Both the position numbers and the translations under genes were made by a program. A DNA stretch of 57,961 bases from an uncultured Candidatus Saccharibacteria bacterium (GTDB lineage: Bacteria > Patescibacteriota > Minisyncoccia > UBA6257 > 2-01-FULL-56-20), in assembly GCA_964361595.1 (NCBI GenBank), contig CAYIAX010000001.1:164128-222088 (forward strand), given 5' to 3'. Under the pieces are notes generated by a model, which searched no databases, had not been told where the DNA came from, and saw only the letters and a list, made by a program, of their open reading frames with translations. This document shows positions 50,531 through 57,961 of this stretch, one piece after another; position 1 is the first letter of the stretch, and each line of letters begins with the position of its first letter.

Positions 50531-51976
50531 CTAGATTAGCGGTTCGATATTCCGATCTTCCCCCGCCTCTTCTTTCTTGCCGGTGATAATTGCTTTTTCT
50601 TGAGCGCTGCGGATAATGGTGGATTCTTCTTCTTGGATGAGGCGCTTGGCCGCATCGGCGGAAATGGTGTATTTCTCGCGCGAGCGTTCGACAATCTTTT
50701 CCGTATAAGAAGCATGCGTCGGCGGCAAAATCTTCAAGGTTTCCGCGGAAAAAGGATCGGAAGTTTCGCCATCAACCGTCATTTTGATATAAAATTCCTG
50801 CATGCCCAGATTGATCATGTCTTTGACTTCGAAGATGGGAGCCATTTCCGGCTTCAGGTGCACGGCATCGTCGCCGCCGACGCGGAAAATAATGATGCTG
50901 CCGACGTTGCCTAAAACGGCGGCCTGCACGCGCGGGATCAACTGGGTCATGTATTGATGCGCAACCGTGAGACAAAGCCCGTATTTGCGCGCCTCGGACA
51001 AGATATTTTCGAAAGTCTCCGTAACCAGGTTATGGAACTCGTCGACATAGAGGTAAAAATCATGCCGATCTTTTTCCGGCAAAGAAGCCCTGGCCATCCC
51101 AGCCTGTTTTATTTTCGTAATGAACATCGAGCCCAAGAAGCTCGAATTTTCCTCGCCCAGCCTGCCCTTCGACAAATTAATGAAAACGATTTTTTTCTGC
51201 TGCATCAATTCTTCGAGCCTGATCTTATTCTCTTTCTGGCCGAAGATATTGCGCAAGAGTGGATCAGATAAAAATTGGCCGAGTTTGTTCACGAGCGGAA
51301 TAATCGCATCCGTGTCGAATTTTTCCGACCAGTCGGCGAATTCAATCGCCCAGAAGCGCTTAACCATGTCATCCTCGATGTATTCCACTACCTTCTGGCG
51401 ATAATTGCGATCGGTGAGCATTGAAATCATGCCGCGCATTGTGGCATGGGGATAATCCAAAAGGGCCAACACCGTAAACCGAAAGACGTGTTCCAGCCGC
51501 GGCGTCCAGTTCGCGCCGAATTGTTTTTCCATGACTTCGATGAGTCCTTGCGCTAGCTGGTGCTTGAAGGTCGGATCAACGTTCGCGAGTGGATTGAAGG
51601 AAACCGGATGGTTGATATCAGTTGGATTAATTACCACCACATCTTCAATCCGGTTTTCCGGAATAAAATCCAGCACCGCTTCAATTACATCGCCATGCGG
51701 ATCCATCAAACAAATCCCGTGCCCGTAAGCAATATCCTGCCGGATCAAAAGTTCGAGCAATTTGGATTTGCCGACGCCGCTTTTGCCAACTATATAAAGA
51801 TGACGACGGCGGTCCCAGCGCTTGATGCCGAAAATGAATTTTTTCTCTTCAAGGGCTGCCACATAATTGGTCCGGCCGATGAAGGAAACCTGCGCCGGAT
51901 CAACTTGCCCGTAAATCGGCAGCTCCGGCGGCGGCGGCGCGTATCTAATTATTTGTACTTTTCCGGCGCGAGCCAT
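50531..51976 (-). CDS. T4SS coupling-protein-like P-loop ATPase (paralogue of 37132-39015, without the zinc-ribbon tail)
   Basis: Walker A IVGKSGVGKSKLL, Walker B FYLYVDEFHNL, and ARKYGLCLTVAHQYMTQL. I moved the start to ATG 51976 because the first 7 codons of the track ORF run into repeat element C. Confidence 0.8.
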   Translation of the reverse strand: MARAGKVQIIRYAPPPPELPIYGQVDPAQVSFIGRTNYVAALEEKKFIFGIKRWDRRRHLYIVGKSGVGKSKLLELLIRQDIAYGHGICLMDPHGDVIEAVLDFIPENRIEDVVVINPTDINHPVSFNPLANVDPTFKHQLAQGLIEVMEKQFGANWTPRLEHVFRFTVLALLDYPHATMRGMISMLTDRNYRQKVVEYIEDDMVKRFWAIEFADWSEKFDTDAIIPLVNKLGQFLSDPLLRNIFGQKENKIRLEELMQQKKIVFINLSKGRLGEENSSFLGSMFITKIKQAGMARASLPEKDRHDFYLYVDEFHNLVTETFENILSEARKYGLCLTVAHQYMTQLIPRVQAAVLGNVGSIIIFRVGGDDAVHLKPEMAPIFEVKDMINLGMQEFYIKMTVDGETSDPFSAETLKILPPTHASYTEKIVERSREKYTISADAAKRLIQEEESTIIRSAQEKAIITGKKEEAGEDRNIEPLI

Positions 51977-51983
51977 GACTATA

Positions 51984-52083
51984 ATACTAATATACAAATT
52001 GTACTAATGATACGAATAATACTAATCCCAATTTTTCACATTTGTATTATTAGTATCATTCTCGTGCATTCGTAGATTGGTAT
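51984..52083. repeat. ATACNAAT-word element, copy C (~100 bp; inverted relative to A)
   Basis: atactaat atacaaat (tgt)actaat (g)atacgaat (a)atactaat, centre cccaatttttcac, then atttgtat (t)attagtat ... attcgtag attggtat. Confidence 0.7.
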
Positions 52084-52109
52084 TTTATATCTGATTTTTA
52101 CACCTTGCA

Positions 52110-52622
52110 TTAATTGATGACTCCTACTTCCTTGAAAAACGCCTCATAATCGCTAAGAACCGATTTAGCTTCTTCGTAGGTTACCGCCTGTCCCGGTGTG
52201 TGCACAAGATTATTGCGCATGCGGTGGGCGCGCCAGAGCCGTTCGATACTTTTCAATTCTTCCGAACTGATCCGCTCCAGGCGGTCGGCCATGTGTTCGC
52301 CCTTCAAACCGATCTGTTTCAAGAGTCTGTCGGCCAAGGCATCGGCTTCGATGATTGCAATCCGGAATGAATCCGGCGCGCCTTCACGGACCTTGCGTTC
52401 AATCGCCTTCCATTGTCCTTCGAAGAAAGATTTGCGCAGGGTGACAATGGTCTCTTTTTTTCTGCCTTGTCCCATGGAAAGGTTTGGCCTGTATTTCAAC
52501 CCCTTGCCCAAGGCGAATAAAAAACCGATGAAAAGTGCGATGTCAAGGAAAATGAAAATGCCGCGGATGGTCGAGTAGGCCGTGCTCCAGGCGCCAGATT
52601 TAAAGATAGAAAGCAGGTCCAT
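52110..52622 (-). CDS. Membrane-anchored protein with a C-terminal HEPN-like (DUF4145-type) helical domain
   Basis: One TM (IFIFLDIALFIGFLFAL). The C-terminal helical region ends in LWRAHRMRNNLVH, which contains an R-N-x3-H (Rx4H) motif followed by ..TYEEA. The HEPN call is by motif only. Confidence 0.45.
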   Translation of the reverse strand: MDLLSIFKSGAWSTAYSTIRGIFIFLDIALFIGFLFALGKGLKYRPNLSMGQGRKKETIVTLRKSFFEGQWKAIERKVREGAPDSFRIAIIEADALADRLLKQIGLKGEHMADRLERISSEELKSIERLWRAHRMRNNLVHTPGQAVTYEEAKSVLSDYEAFFKEVGVIN

Positions 52623-52659
52623 ATGATATCTCTACGAAATTACGAATTTTATTGAGTAG

Positions 52660-52728
52660 CTACGAAATACAAAAGAGTACGAATATACTAAATTTCGTAT
52701 ATTTGTAATAAATTCGTATTTCGTAGCC
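52660..52728. repeat. Hairpin element D1 (12-bp perfect terminal inverted arms GCTACGAAATAC/GTATTTCGTAGC)
   Basis: The inner ~45 bp are nearly identical to D2 at 54140-54270. Lies downstream of the 452-aa gene. Confidence 0.75.
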
Positions 52729-52754
52729 AGGTATTTAATATTTGCAGTTTGCAT

Positions 52755-54113
52755 TTACTTGAAACGTTCGATTTCGCTCTCGTCGCCGTAAATGGCCACG
52801 CCTGCCGGCGCTCCGCCTTTCTTGCTTTCCACACGCTCAATATGTGGAGCTGTCAAAACCAAGAACGTGGGCGGATGATAAAGCGTCGCCAGGCACTGCG
52901 TGGTTAAAACGATGTGATGCGAAACAAAATTCCAATTGAAAGGATAAGAAGTGATTAACCTGCCCATCCAGGTCTCCGGCGGCATCTTGCGGCGGCGGAA
53001 GTTAAAAAGCAAACGCTGTTTGCGGTACTCATTCCTGATCTTGGGGAAAATATGCGGCCAATTCCAAATGCGGGTGCGCGTGCTTACGGCATAATTCTGC
53101 ACAAAGGAATTAAGATCAAGCGCGGCGTATTGATTGAATGAGCCCACCAAACCGCGGCGCGGAAAGCTGTCATAAAAAAGCTCTTTGGGCGAAAAATAAA
53201 TGAAGCGGATCAAGGTCTGAAACGGCAGCTTCGAAAGATTTTGTTCCACCGCTTCCAAAACGCTGGTTTCGCCGGGCGTGCGCACTGTAAAGCGCACCGG
53301 CTGCGGGGCCGCTTCTTTTCCTTTTACGCTTAAAGCCGGCAAGGGACCGCCCGGGAAATCCAGCAAACTTTTAGCGCTGCCGCCCCCGCTCCCCTTTCTG
53401 GGATCGGTTTCTTTGAGCTTGGCGATCAAATCATCCCATTCGTCGTTCCACTTCGACATGTGCTGGGGCGCAATCAGGAACTGAATGGCAACAATCTCTT
53501 CCTTTTTGAGCTTGCTCAACACCTCCAAAAAGTTTGAGATCGGATCGTACTGGCGCTCCTCATCCGGGGCTTCGAATTCGGTATAGATTTTGGTGGGATA
53601 GGCGTCATCGCGCGTCAGGATCATTTCCGTGCCCCAGGTATCATAGCCCTGCCGGTACATCTCCTGCACGTTCTGCGGAAAACGATTCACATAATCTTCG
53701 GTTACTTCGACCAGCTCAATATCCTGGTAGTTGCTGAAAATGGCTGACTCAACCAGTCCGCGCTGTTTGTAATAGCAGCGGATAAAAAACTTTACCTCGC
53801 CGCCGAAACTCACCATCTCAAGCGAGGCCCAGCGCGTAATCTCGCCGTCCCACCATTTTTCGCGGAAATCGCTCGGGTAATTGCCGAGCTGGTGAATGGA
53901 CATCAAAGCCTGCTCCATGCCGCGGGGGCTCTTGCGGATTTCGCGCGGAATCCGCATTTCCAGCATAACCATGCGCATTTCGTCGGAGTGTTCATAAACT
54001 TCGTTCCGCCAAAAGAGCCAAGTGGATTTAAAGAGCGGCAGCAAAATCAAAAACAGCCAAAGCCACCAGCTCAAGCTTAAAAATTCAAGGATGATCCGGA
54101 GAGCCTGATCCAT
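52755..54113 (-). CDS. Hypothetical membrane-anchored protein (452 aa)
   Basis: N-terminal TM (LSLSWWLWLFLILLPLF) and a large soluble domain with no recognisable motif. First gene of the run 54113 to 48526. Confidence 0.6.
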   Translation of the reverse strand: MDQALRIILEFLSLSWWLWLFLILLPLFKSTWLFWRNEVYEHSDEMRMVMLEMRIPREIRKSPRGMEQALMSIHQLGNYPSDFREKWWDGEITRWASLEMVSFGGEVKFFIRCYYKQRGLVESAIFSNYQDIELVEVTEDYVNRFPQNVQEMYRQGYDTWGTEMILTRDDAYPTKIYTEFEAPDEERQYDPISNFLEVLSKLKKEEIVAIQFLIAPQHMSKWNDEWDDLIAKLKETDPRKGSGGGSAKSLLDFPGGPLPALSVKGKEAAPQPVRFTVRTPGETSVLEAVEQNLSKLPFQTLIRFIYFSPKELFYDSFPRRGLVGSFNQYAALDLNSFVQNYAVSTRTRIWNWPHIFPKIRNEYRKQRLLFNFRRRKMPPETWMGRLITSYPFNWNFVSHHIVLTTQCLATLYHPPTFLVLTAPHIERVESKKGGAPAGVAIYGDESEIERFK

Positions 54114-54139
54114 GCCTAAATTATACTACGAAAAATCAT

Positions 54140-54270
54140 GCTACGAAATACGAAAGAGTACGAATATACAAATTTCGTATATTCGCCTGCCTGCCGGTAG
54201 GCAGGGTAGGCAGGTAAAAAATTTGCCCGCCTCGACTCGCGCGTCGACGCGAGGCCGGGTATTTCGTAGC
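54140..54270. repeat. Hairpin element D2 (D1-like, with a ~76-bp GC-rich insertion)
   Basis: Same 12-bp arms and inner sequence as D1. An insertion at 54183-54258 carries CCTGCC/GGCAGG repeats and a CGCGTCGACGCG palindrome. Confidence 0.75.
54216..54258 (-). terminator. Possible intrinsic terminator after the sigma-like gene
   Basis: Minus-strand GC-rich hairpin CCGGCCTCG...CGAGGCGGG (one mismatch), followed by CAAATTTTTT. The 3-nt gap before the T run weakens the call. Confidence 0.35.
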
Positions 54271-54274
54271 CAAA

Positions 54275-55306
54275 TTAAGATTCACGCACCTGGTAGCTGC
54301 CGTTCGGCAGGCGCTCAAAATAACTCTTGTTCTGCAGGTTAACAAGGATCGTATTGGGCTTGAAGAAACGCTCCCGTTGGATTGCCGAAATTACTTCGCG
54401 CGGGCGTAGCGGCCCGTGCTTCTTTAAAACCTTGGCAATAATTTCACGCGCCGTACCGGGTTCATAACCGTGTTCGGCCAAAGCGTAAATGCCGCGGCCG
54501 ACAAGCACGAAACGATCATCCTTAATCAGTTCGTTATGCACCGTCGGCGCCGAAGCTTGGCGAGCTTCAAAACCGGTTTCATTAATCGTCTTTGTAATCA
54601 CGCGGAAATGCATCGGGTCATTCTTTTTCTTTAAGATCAAATAGGCGCGATCACGGATGGTGCGGGGTTTGATTTCCGGCCATTCCGTAAGTCCTTTATC
54701 GCCAAACGGATTCTGATGGATTTTCTTTGAAAGCCGCAAAAAGTTCAAAGCATGATCAGCCGAGATATTCTTCCGTTTCAAAAATCCGCGCAATTCTTCC
54801 TCATATTTGCCGCTCAAAACATGTTCCTTCTTTGTCTTCAAAAACTGGGCCCACTGCGTAATAAAGTTCCCCGCGGATTTTTCCGCATTCTTATCCAGAT
54901 AATAAAACGACCAATAGTCGCGGTCGTCGTTATGCTCGAAAAAGGCCTTAGCCGCTTCGATCAAAAGGCGCAAATGATTTTCCGTAAGCCCTTCATAGGA
55001 TTTCTGGAGCTCGCCCAAGAGCGCTTCTTTGCGCAAGACACCGCCGGCATCCTTAAGGACTTTTTTGCCCTTCTCCAAAATCTCTAGGCACTGGCTGTTC
55101 TCGCCGATCTTGCGCTTCAACTCGGCCAAAGCCGAAACCTCAATTTGGCGGACACGCTCGCGGGTCACATTATAACGACCGCCTAAAGCGGCCAAGGTTT
55201 GGGGGTTGCCGGATTTATCAAGGCCAAAACGGCCCATAATCACCTCCCTTTCTCGAGGGGTTAAGCCTTCCCAAAGTGAATTGAATAATTTAGAGATCGA
55301 AACCAT
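54275..55306 (-). CDS. Sigma-70 region-4-like HTH protein with C-terminal HARE-HTH-like winged helices
   Basis: REREVIMGRFGL...TLAALGGRYNVTRERVRQIEVSALAELK is a region-4 HTH. The C-terminal half has two wHTH-like repeats (IRDRAYLILKK..PMHF..I.. and AREIIAKVLKKHGPLRPREVI). Confidence 0.7.
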   Translation of the reverse strand: MVSISKLFNSLWEGLTPREREVIMGRFGLDKSGNPQTLAALGGRYNVTRERVRQIEVSALAELKRKIGENSQCLEILEKGKKVLKDAGGVLRKEALLGELQKSYEGLTENHLRLLIEAAKAFFEHNDDRDYWSFYYLDKNAEKSAGNFITQWAQFLKTKKEHVLSGKYEEELRGFLKRKNISADHALNFLRLSKKIHQNPFGDKGLTEWPEIKPRTIRDRAYLILKKKNDPMHFRVITKTINETGFEARQASAPTVHNELIKDDRFVLVGRGIYALAEHGYEPGTAREIIAKVLKKHGPLRPREVISAIQRERFFKPNTILVNLQNKSYFERLPNGSYQVRES

Positions 55307-55345
55307 GAACCTAGAGCCAGCCTTTAAAGCCTTGACTTATTGCTT

Positions 55346-55374
55346 ATTATAAATGATGAATCAAAATTGGTCAA
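55346..55374 (-). promoter_or_regulatory. Sigma-70-type promoter (TTGACC, 17-nt spacer, TATAAT)
   Basis: The minus strand reads TTGACCaattttgattcatcattTATAAT, about 40 nt upstream of the ATG at 55306. Confidence 0.55.
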
Positions 55375-55439
55375 GGGCGGCAAGCTGTGGGTAACTTGAC
55401 ACCTGATTAGGCCCCTTTTGCTTGGCCAGTTTAGCTGGC

Positions 55440-56345
55440 TTAGCTGGCCTTGGCGCTCCAGCGCTGCCAGGCGTAAAGGAGGGGGCTCGCGACAAAAATT
55501 GAGGAATAAATACCCGTCGTCACGCCCACGAGCAAGGTCAGGACAAAAAATCGCAAATTCAGAGGTCCTACGACGTAAAGCGCAAACAGCACGAAAATCA
55601 AGGTCAGCGAAGTATTGATCGACCGGCTCAAAGTCTGATTCACGCTCGTGTTCACAACCGCGCCGAAATCCGACTTGCCGCGATCGAGCAGTAAATTCTC
55701 ACGGATGCGGTCAAATACTACGATCGTGTCATGGACGGAAAAGCCCATGATGACCAAAAGCGCAACGACGAAATTGCCGTCGATCTCCACTCCCGAAAAT
55801 TTACCTAGGATCGCCAAAAGCCCCGCAGGAATGACCACGTCGTGTCCCAGCGTGATCAAGGTGATCCAGCCGTACTTCCACGAACTCACGGGCCGGAAAA
55901 CTTTCCGGAACGCGAAGGCGATGTAGAGCGAGATGCCAATCAAAACGAGCACAATCGCGATCAGAGATTTCTTTCGCAGTTCCTCGCCTACCGAAGGCCC
56001 GATGGACTGGAAGCTTTTTTCTTCAAGCGAGGGAAATTTTTGCTCCAGGGCCTTCAACACCGCTTGATGCTCCTCTTCGTTCAAGGATTTTACGCGCACG
56101 AGGAATTGGTCGTTTTGCGCATCGTAATTTACGCGCGCATCCAACAGCTTCAAATCATTCACCAATGCTTCTTGCACTAAACTAGCCCCGGGACGCTCGT
56201 CCTTAATGGAAAAGGTCATGAGCGTGCCGCCGCTGAAATCTATCCCTTGCCGCAAACGAAAAACTCCGATCGCGGCCAAAGCGGCGATCACGGCGATCGC
56301 CGAAATGGTCAGGAAAATTTTACGGTTTTCGATAATGCGTAACAT
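55440..56345 (-). CDS. secF: Protein translocase subunit SecF
   Basis: GIDFSGGT motif and six-TM SecF layout. Directly follows secD. Confidence 0.9.
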   Translation of the reverse strand: MLRIIENRKIFLTISAIAVIAALAAIGVFRLRQGIDFSGGTLMTFSIKDERPGASLVQEALVNDLKLLDARVNYDAQNDQFLVRVKSLNEEEHQAVLKALEQKFPSLEEKSFQSIGPSVGEELRKKSLIAIVLVLIGISLYIAFAFRKVFRPVSSWKYGWITLITLGHDVVIPAGLLAILGKFSGVEIDGNFVVALLVIMGFSVHDTIVVFDRIRENLLLDRGKSDFGAVVNTSVNQTLSRSINTSLTLIFVLFALYVVGPLNLRFFVLTLLVGVTTGIYSSIFVASPLLYAWQRWSAKAS

Positions 56346-56346
56346 A

Positions 56347-57645
56347 TTAAGCAGATTTTGGTTTGTCCTTTAAAAATACGCGGAGGAAGAGGCGGGTAGT
56401 GGTAATCGCGCTGAACATGCTCACGACTACGCCGATTAAAAGCGTTAAGGCAAATCCCTTGACGAAACTCGAAGTAAAGAAATAAAGGATAATTGCCGTA
56501 ATAATCGTACTCGTATTCGAATCGCGAATCGAGAGCCAGGCCCGCCGGAAGCCCTCCTCGATCGCGGCTGCCTTGGACAAGCCGCGGGCAAGTTCTTCTT
56601 TGATGCGTTCGAAAATAAGAATATTGGCATCCACGGCCATGCCGATCGTCATGATGAAACCGGCCAAGCCAGCCAAAGTCAAGGTGATGGGAACGAGTTT
56701 AAAGATAGCGAGCGTAAGCGCGATATAGATAAGAAGCGCGAGCGAGGCGAAAATGCCCAAACCGCCGTAATAGAGAAGCATAAAAACGATTACGAGCAAA
56801 GTGCCCGCAATCCCCGCAACAATCGCCTTGATCAAAGAATTGGCGCCAAGACTCGGGCTTACGGTCAGCTGGTCAGTTAAGGTGATAGGAGCGGGCAGGG
56901 CGCCGGCATTGAAACGCTCCACAATTTCTTTGGCGCGCTGCAGCGAAAATTGTCCGGTGATGCGAGCTTTGCCGCCCGGGATCCTGTCTTGGACTCGCGG
57001 GCAGCTGTCGGTAATGTTGTCCGGGATGATCGGTTCATTATCGATAAAAAGACAAAGCGGTTTGCCGACATTCTTGCCCGTCAGGTCTTCAAAAATTTTA
57101 GCGCCTTCATCGTTAAGCTCGAAATTAATTTCCGGAGCCTGCGTGGTTTGATCAAAGGCCAAGCTGGCGGATTTCACATAACGTCCGGTTAAGGCCGTGG
57201 GCGCAAACGCTGTGCTCGAACCGTTCTGGATGACCTCCACGAAGGCAAGGCTCGGCGTGGCGCCGATCTGCTTGATCGCTTCCTTCACGTCTTTAATCCC
57301 GGCGAGTTCCACCACTAATTGCGATTGGCCCGCGGTCTCGGCAATGAAGACCTGCGGTTCGGCCACGCCGAAAAGATTGACGCGGCGCTCGATCACATCC
57401 CGCAAACCGGCGAGTACAGAGTCGCGGTCTTCAGAACGGATGTTCGAAAGGTCAACGTTGTAAACCAAGTGACTGCCGCCCACGAGATCCAAACCCAAAC
57501 GCCAGGGCCGGTTTTCCGCCCCCCAGCCCCGCGGATAAACAAAATAACCTGCCGCCAAAGCAAGGATTACGATTATAGCCAAAACCAGTCCCGGATTACG
57601 CCGCATAATCTCAAAGATTCTAAGAAAATTTGCGGGAAAAGTCAA
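56347..57645 (-). CDS. secD: Protein translocase subunit SecD
   Basis: LGLDLVGGSHLV motif and C-terminal RND-like TM bundle (AGLAGFIMTIGMAVDANILIFERIKEE). Confidence 0.9.
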   Translation of the reverse strand: MTFPANFLRIFEIMRRNPGLVLAIIVILALAAGYFVYPRGWGAENRPWRLGLDLVGGSHLVYNVDLSNIRSEDRDSVLAGLRDVIERRVNLFGVAEPQVFIAETAGQSQLVVELAGIKDVKEAIKQIGATPSLAFVEVIQNGSSTAFAPTALTGRYVKSASLAFDQTTQAPEINFELNDEGAKIFEDLTGKNVGKPLCLFIDNEPIIPDNITDSCPRVQDRIPGGKARITGQFSLQRAKEIVERFNAGALPAPITLTDQLTVSPSLGANSLIKAIVAGIAGTLLVIVFMLLYYGGLGIFASLALLIYIALTLAIFKLVPITLTLAGLAGFIMTIGMAVDANILIFERIKEELARGLSKAAAIEEGFRRAWLSIRDSNTSTIITAIILYFFTSSFVKGFALTLLIGVVVSMFSAITTTRLFLRVFLKDKPKSA

Positions 57646-57696
57646 AAAGTCCGTAATGGTTCAATGGCTTGAAATCACCACATCCCTGATTCAAGT

Positions 57697-57954
57697 ATGG
57701 AGGCAGTTCGTTTGGTTCGGTCAGGATGGTTGACGAGAAAGGTCGCACGACACATGGGATTCACGCAAGGCGCAATCGTGAAGTGGGTCAAGCGGGCGCC
57801 GAGCAAAAGAAAATTCATCCCGCGCAAAAGAGAATTGCAAGGAGTGTCTTCTTTTTGGGTTGCCGAGCGAAGCGAGGCGGCTATCTCAAACTTGCAATTT
57901 CCTCAATGGTGCCCTTTGTTTGAAAATGCGCGAACCTTCTTTGAACGAAACTGA
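57697..57954 (+). other. Possible remnant of a transposase/integrase N-terminal HTH
   Basis: MEAVRLVRSGWLTRKVARHMGFTQGAIVKWVKR resembles IS481/IS3/IS630-type HTH leaders. The remainder has no catalytic motif and the ORF sits at the window edge. Confidence 0.3.
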
Positions 57955-57961
57955 CGCTCCG

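Noticed and set aside
54112-54345. ORFs 54112-54342(+) and 54136-54345(-).
   Set aside because: They lie entirely within hairpin element D2 and its GC-rich palindromic insertion, and each is the mirror of the other.
57697-57954. An IS element at the right edge of the window.
   Set aside because: Only an HTH-like N-terminus is recognisable. There is no DDE or integrase domain and no inverted repeats, and the window ends here. I kept it as a low-confidence remnant.
1-57961. Alternative genetic code (UGA recoding, as in some CPR lineages).
   Set aside because: Housekeeping genes are full-length with code 11 and end at TGA, TAA and TAG alike, with sensible lengths. I saw no in-frame TGA-interrupted conserved genes.

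Overview
This is a compact 57.9-kb window in the standard genetic code, with about 48 real protein genes. I saw no rRNA, tRNA, CRISPR array or intact transposase. Housekeeping genes present are fmt/def, rplI, rpmA, murC, murG, an FtsW-type SEDS gene, gltX, trmD, pepA, cutA and secDF. Alongside them are a split ComEC, a cohesin/dockerin surface-protein locus, a sigma-region-4/HARE-HTH protein and T4SS-coupling-protein-like ATPases. Shine-Dalgarno motifs are scarce. This content suggests a reduced Patescibacteria/CPR (Parcubacteria-like) genome, which is an inference.

The main signal is nine paralogues (P1-P9, about 27% of the window) of an uncharacterised family of 556-597-aa, cysteine-rich, cytoplasmic multi-zinc-ribbon proteins.
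- Each has the same pair of ribbons (CxxC-x24-CxxC followed by CxxC-x17-CxxC) at both termini, around an internally duplicated Cys-repeat core.
- They sit inside housekeeping operons, including the ftsW-murG junction.
- They lie next to two T4CP-like ATPase paralogues, one of which carries the same CxxC-x17-CxxC ribbon.
- They show frameshifts, loss of zinc ligands, mosaic tails, and echo copies of their own 3-prime ends that may encode a conserved micro-ORF.

The intergenic DNA is unusually structured:
- a CTAATTCG-NN-CGAATTAG palindrome family flanking an ArsR-type regulator and recurring near paralogues;
- a GCTATGCTATAGCATAGC palindrome family upstream of paralogue starts;
- in-phase 7-bp tandem arrays;
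- ~100-bp elements built from ATACNAAT words;
- a 21-bp perfect inverted repeat that would sequester the L27 start codon.

All functional interpretations of the new family and of the repeats are hypotheses.
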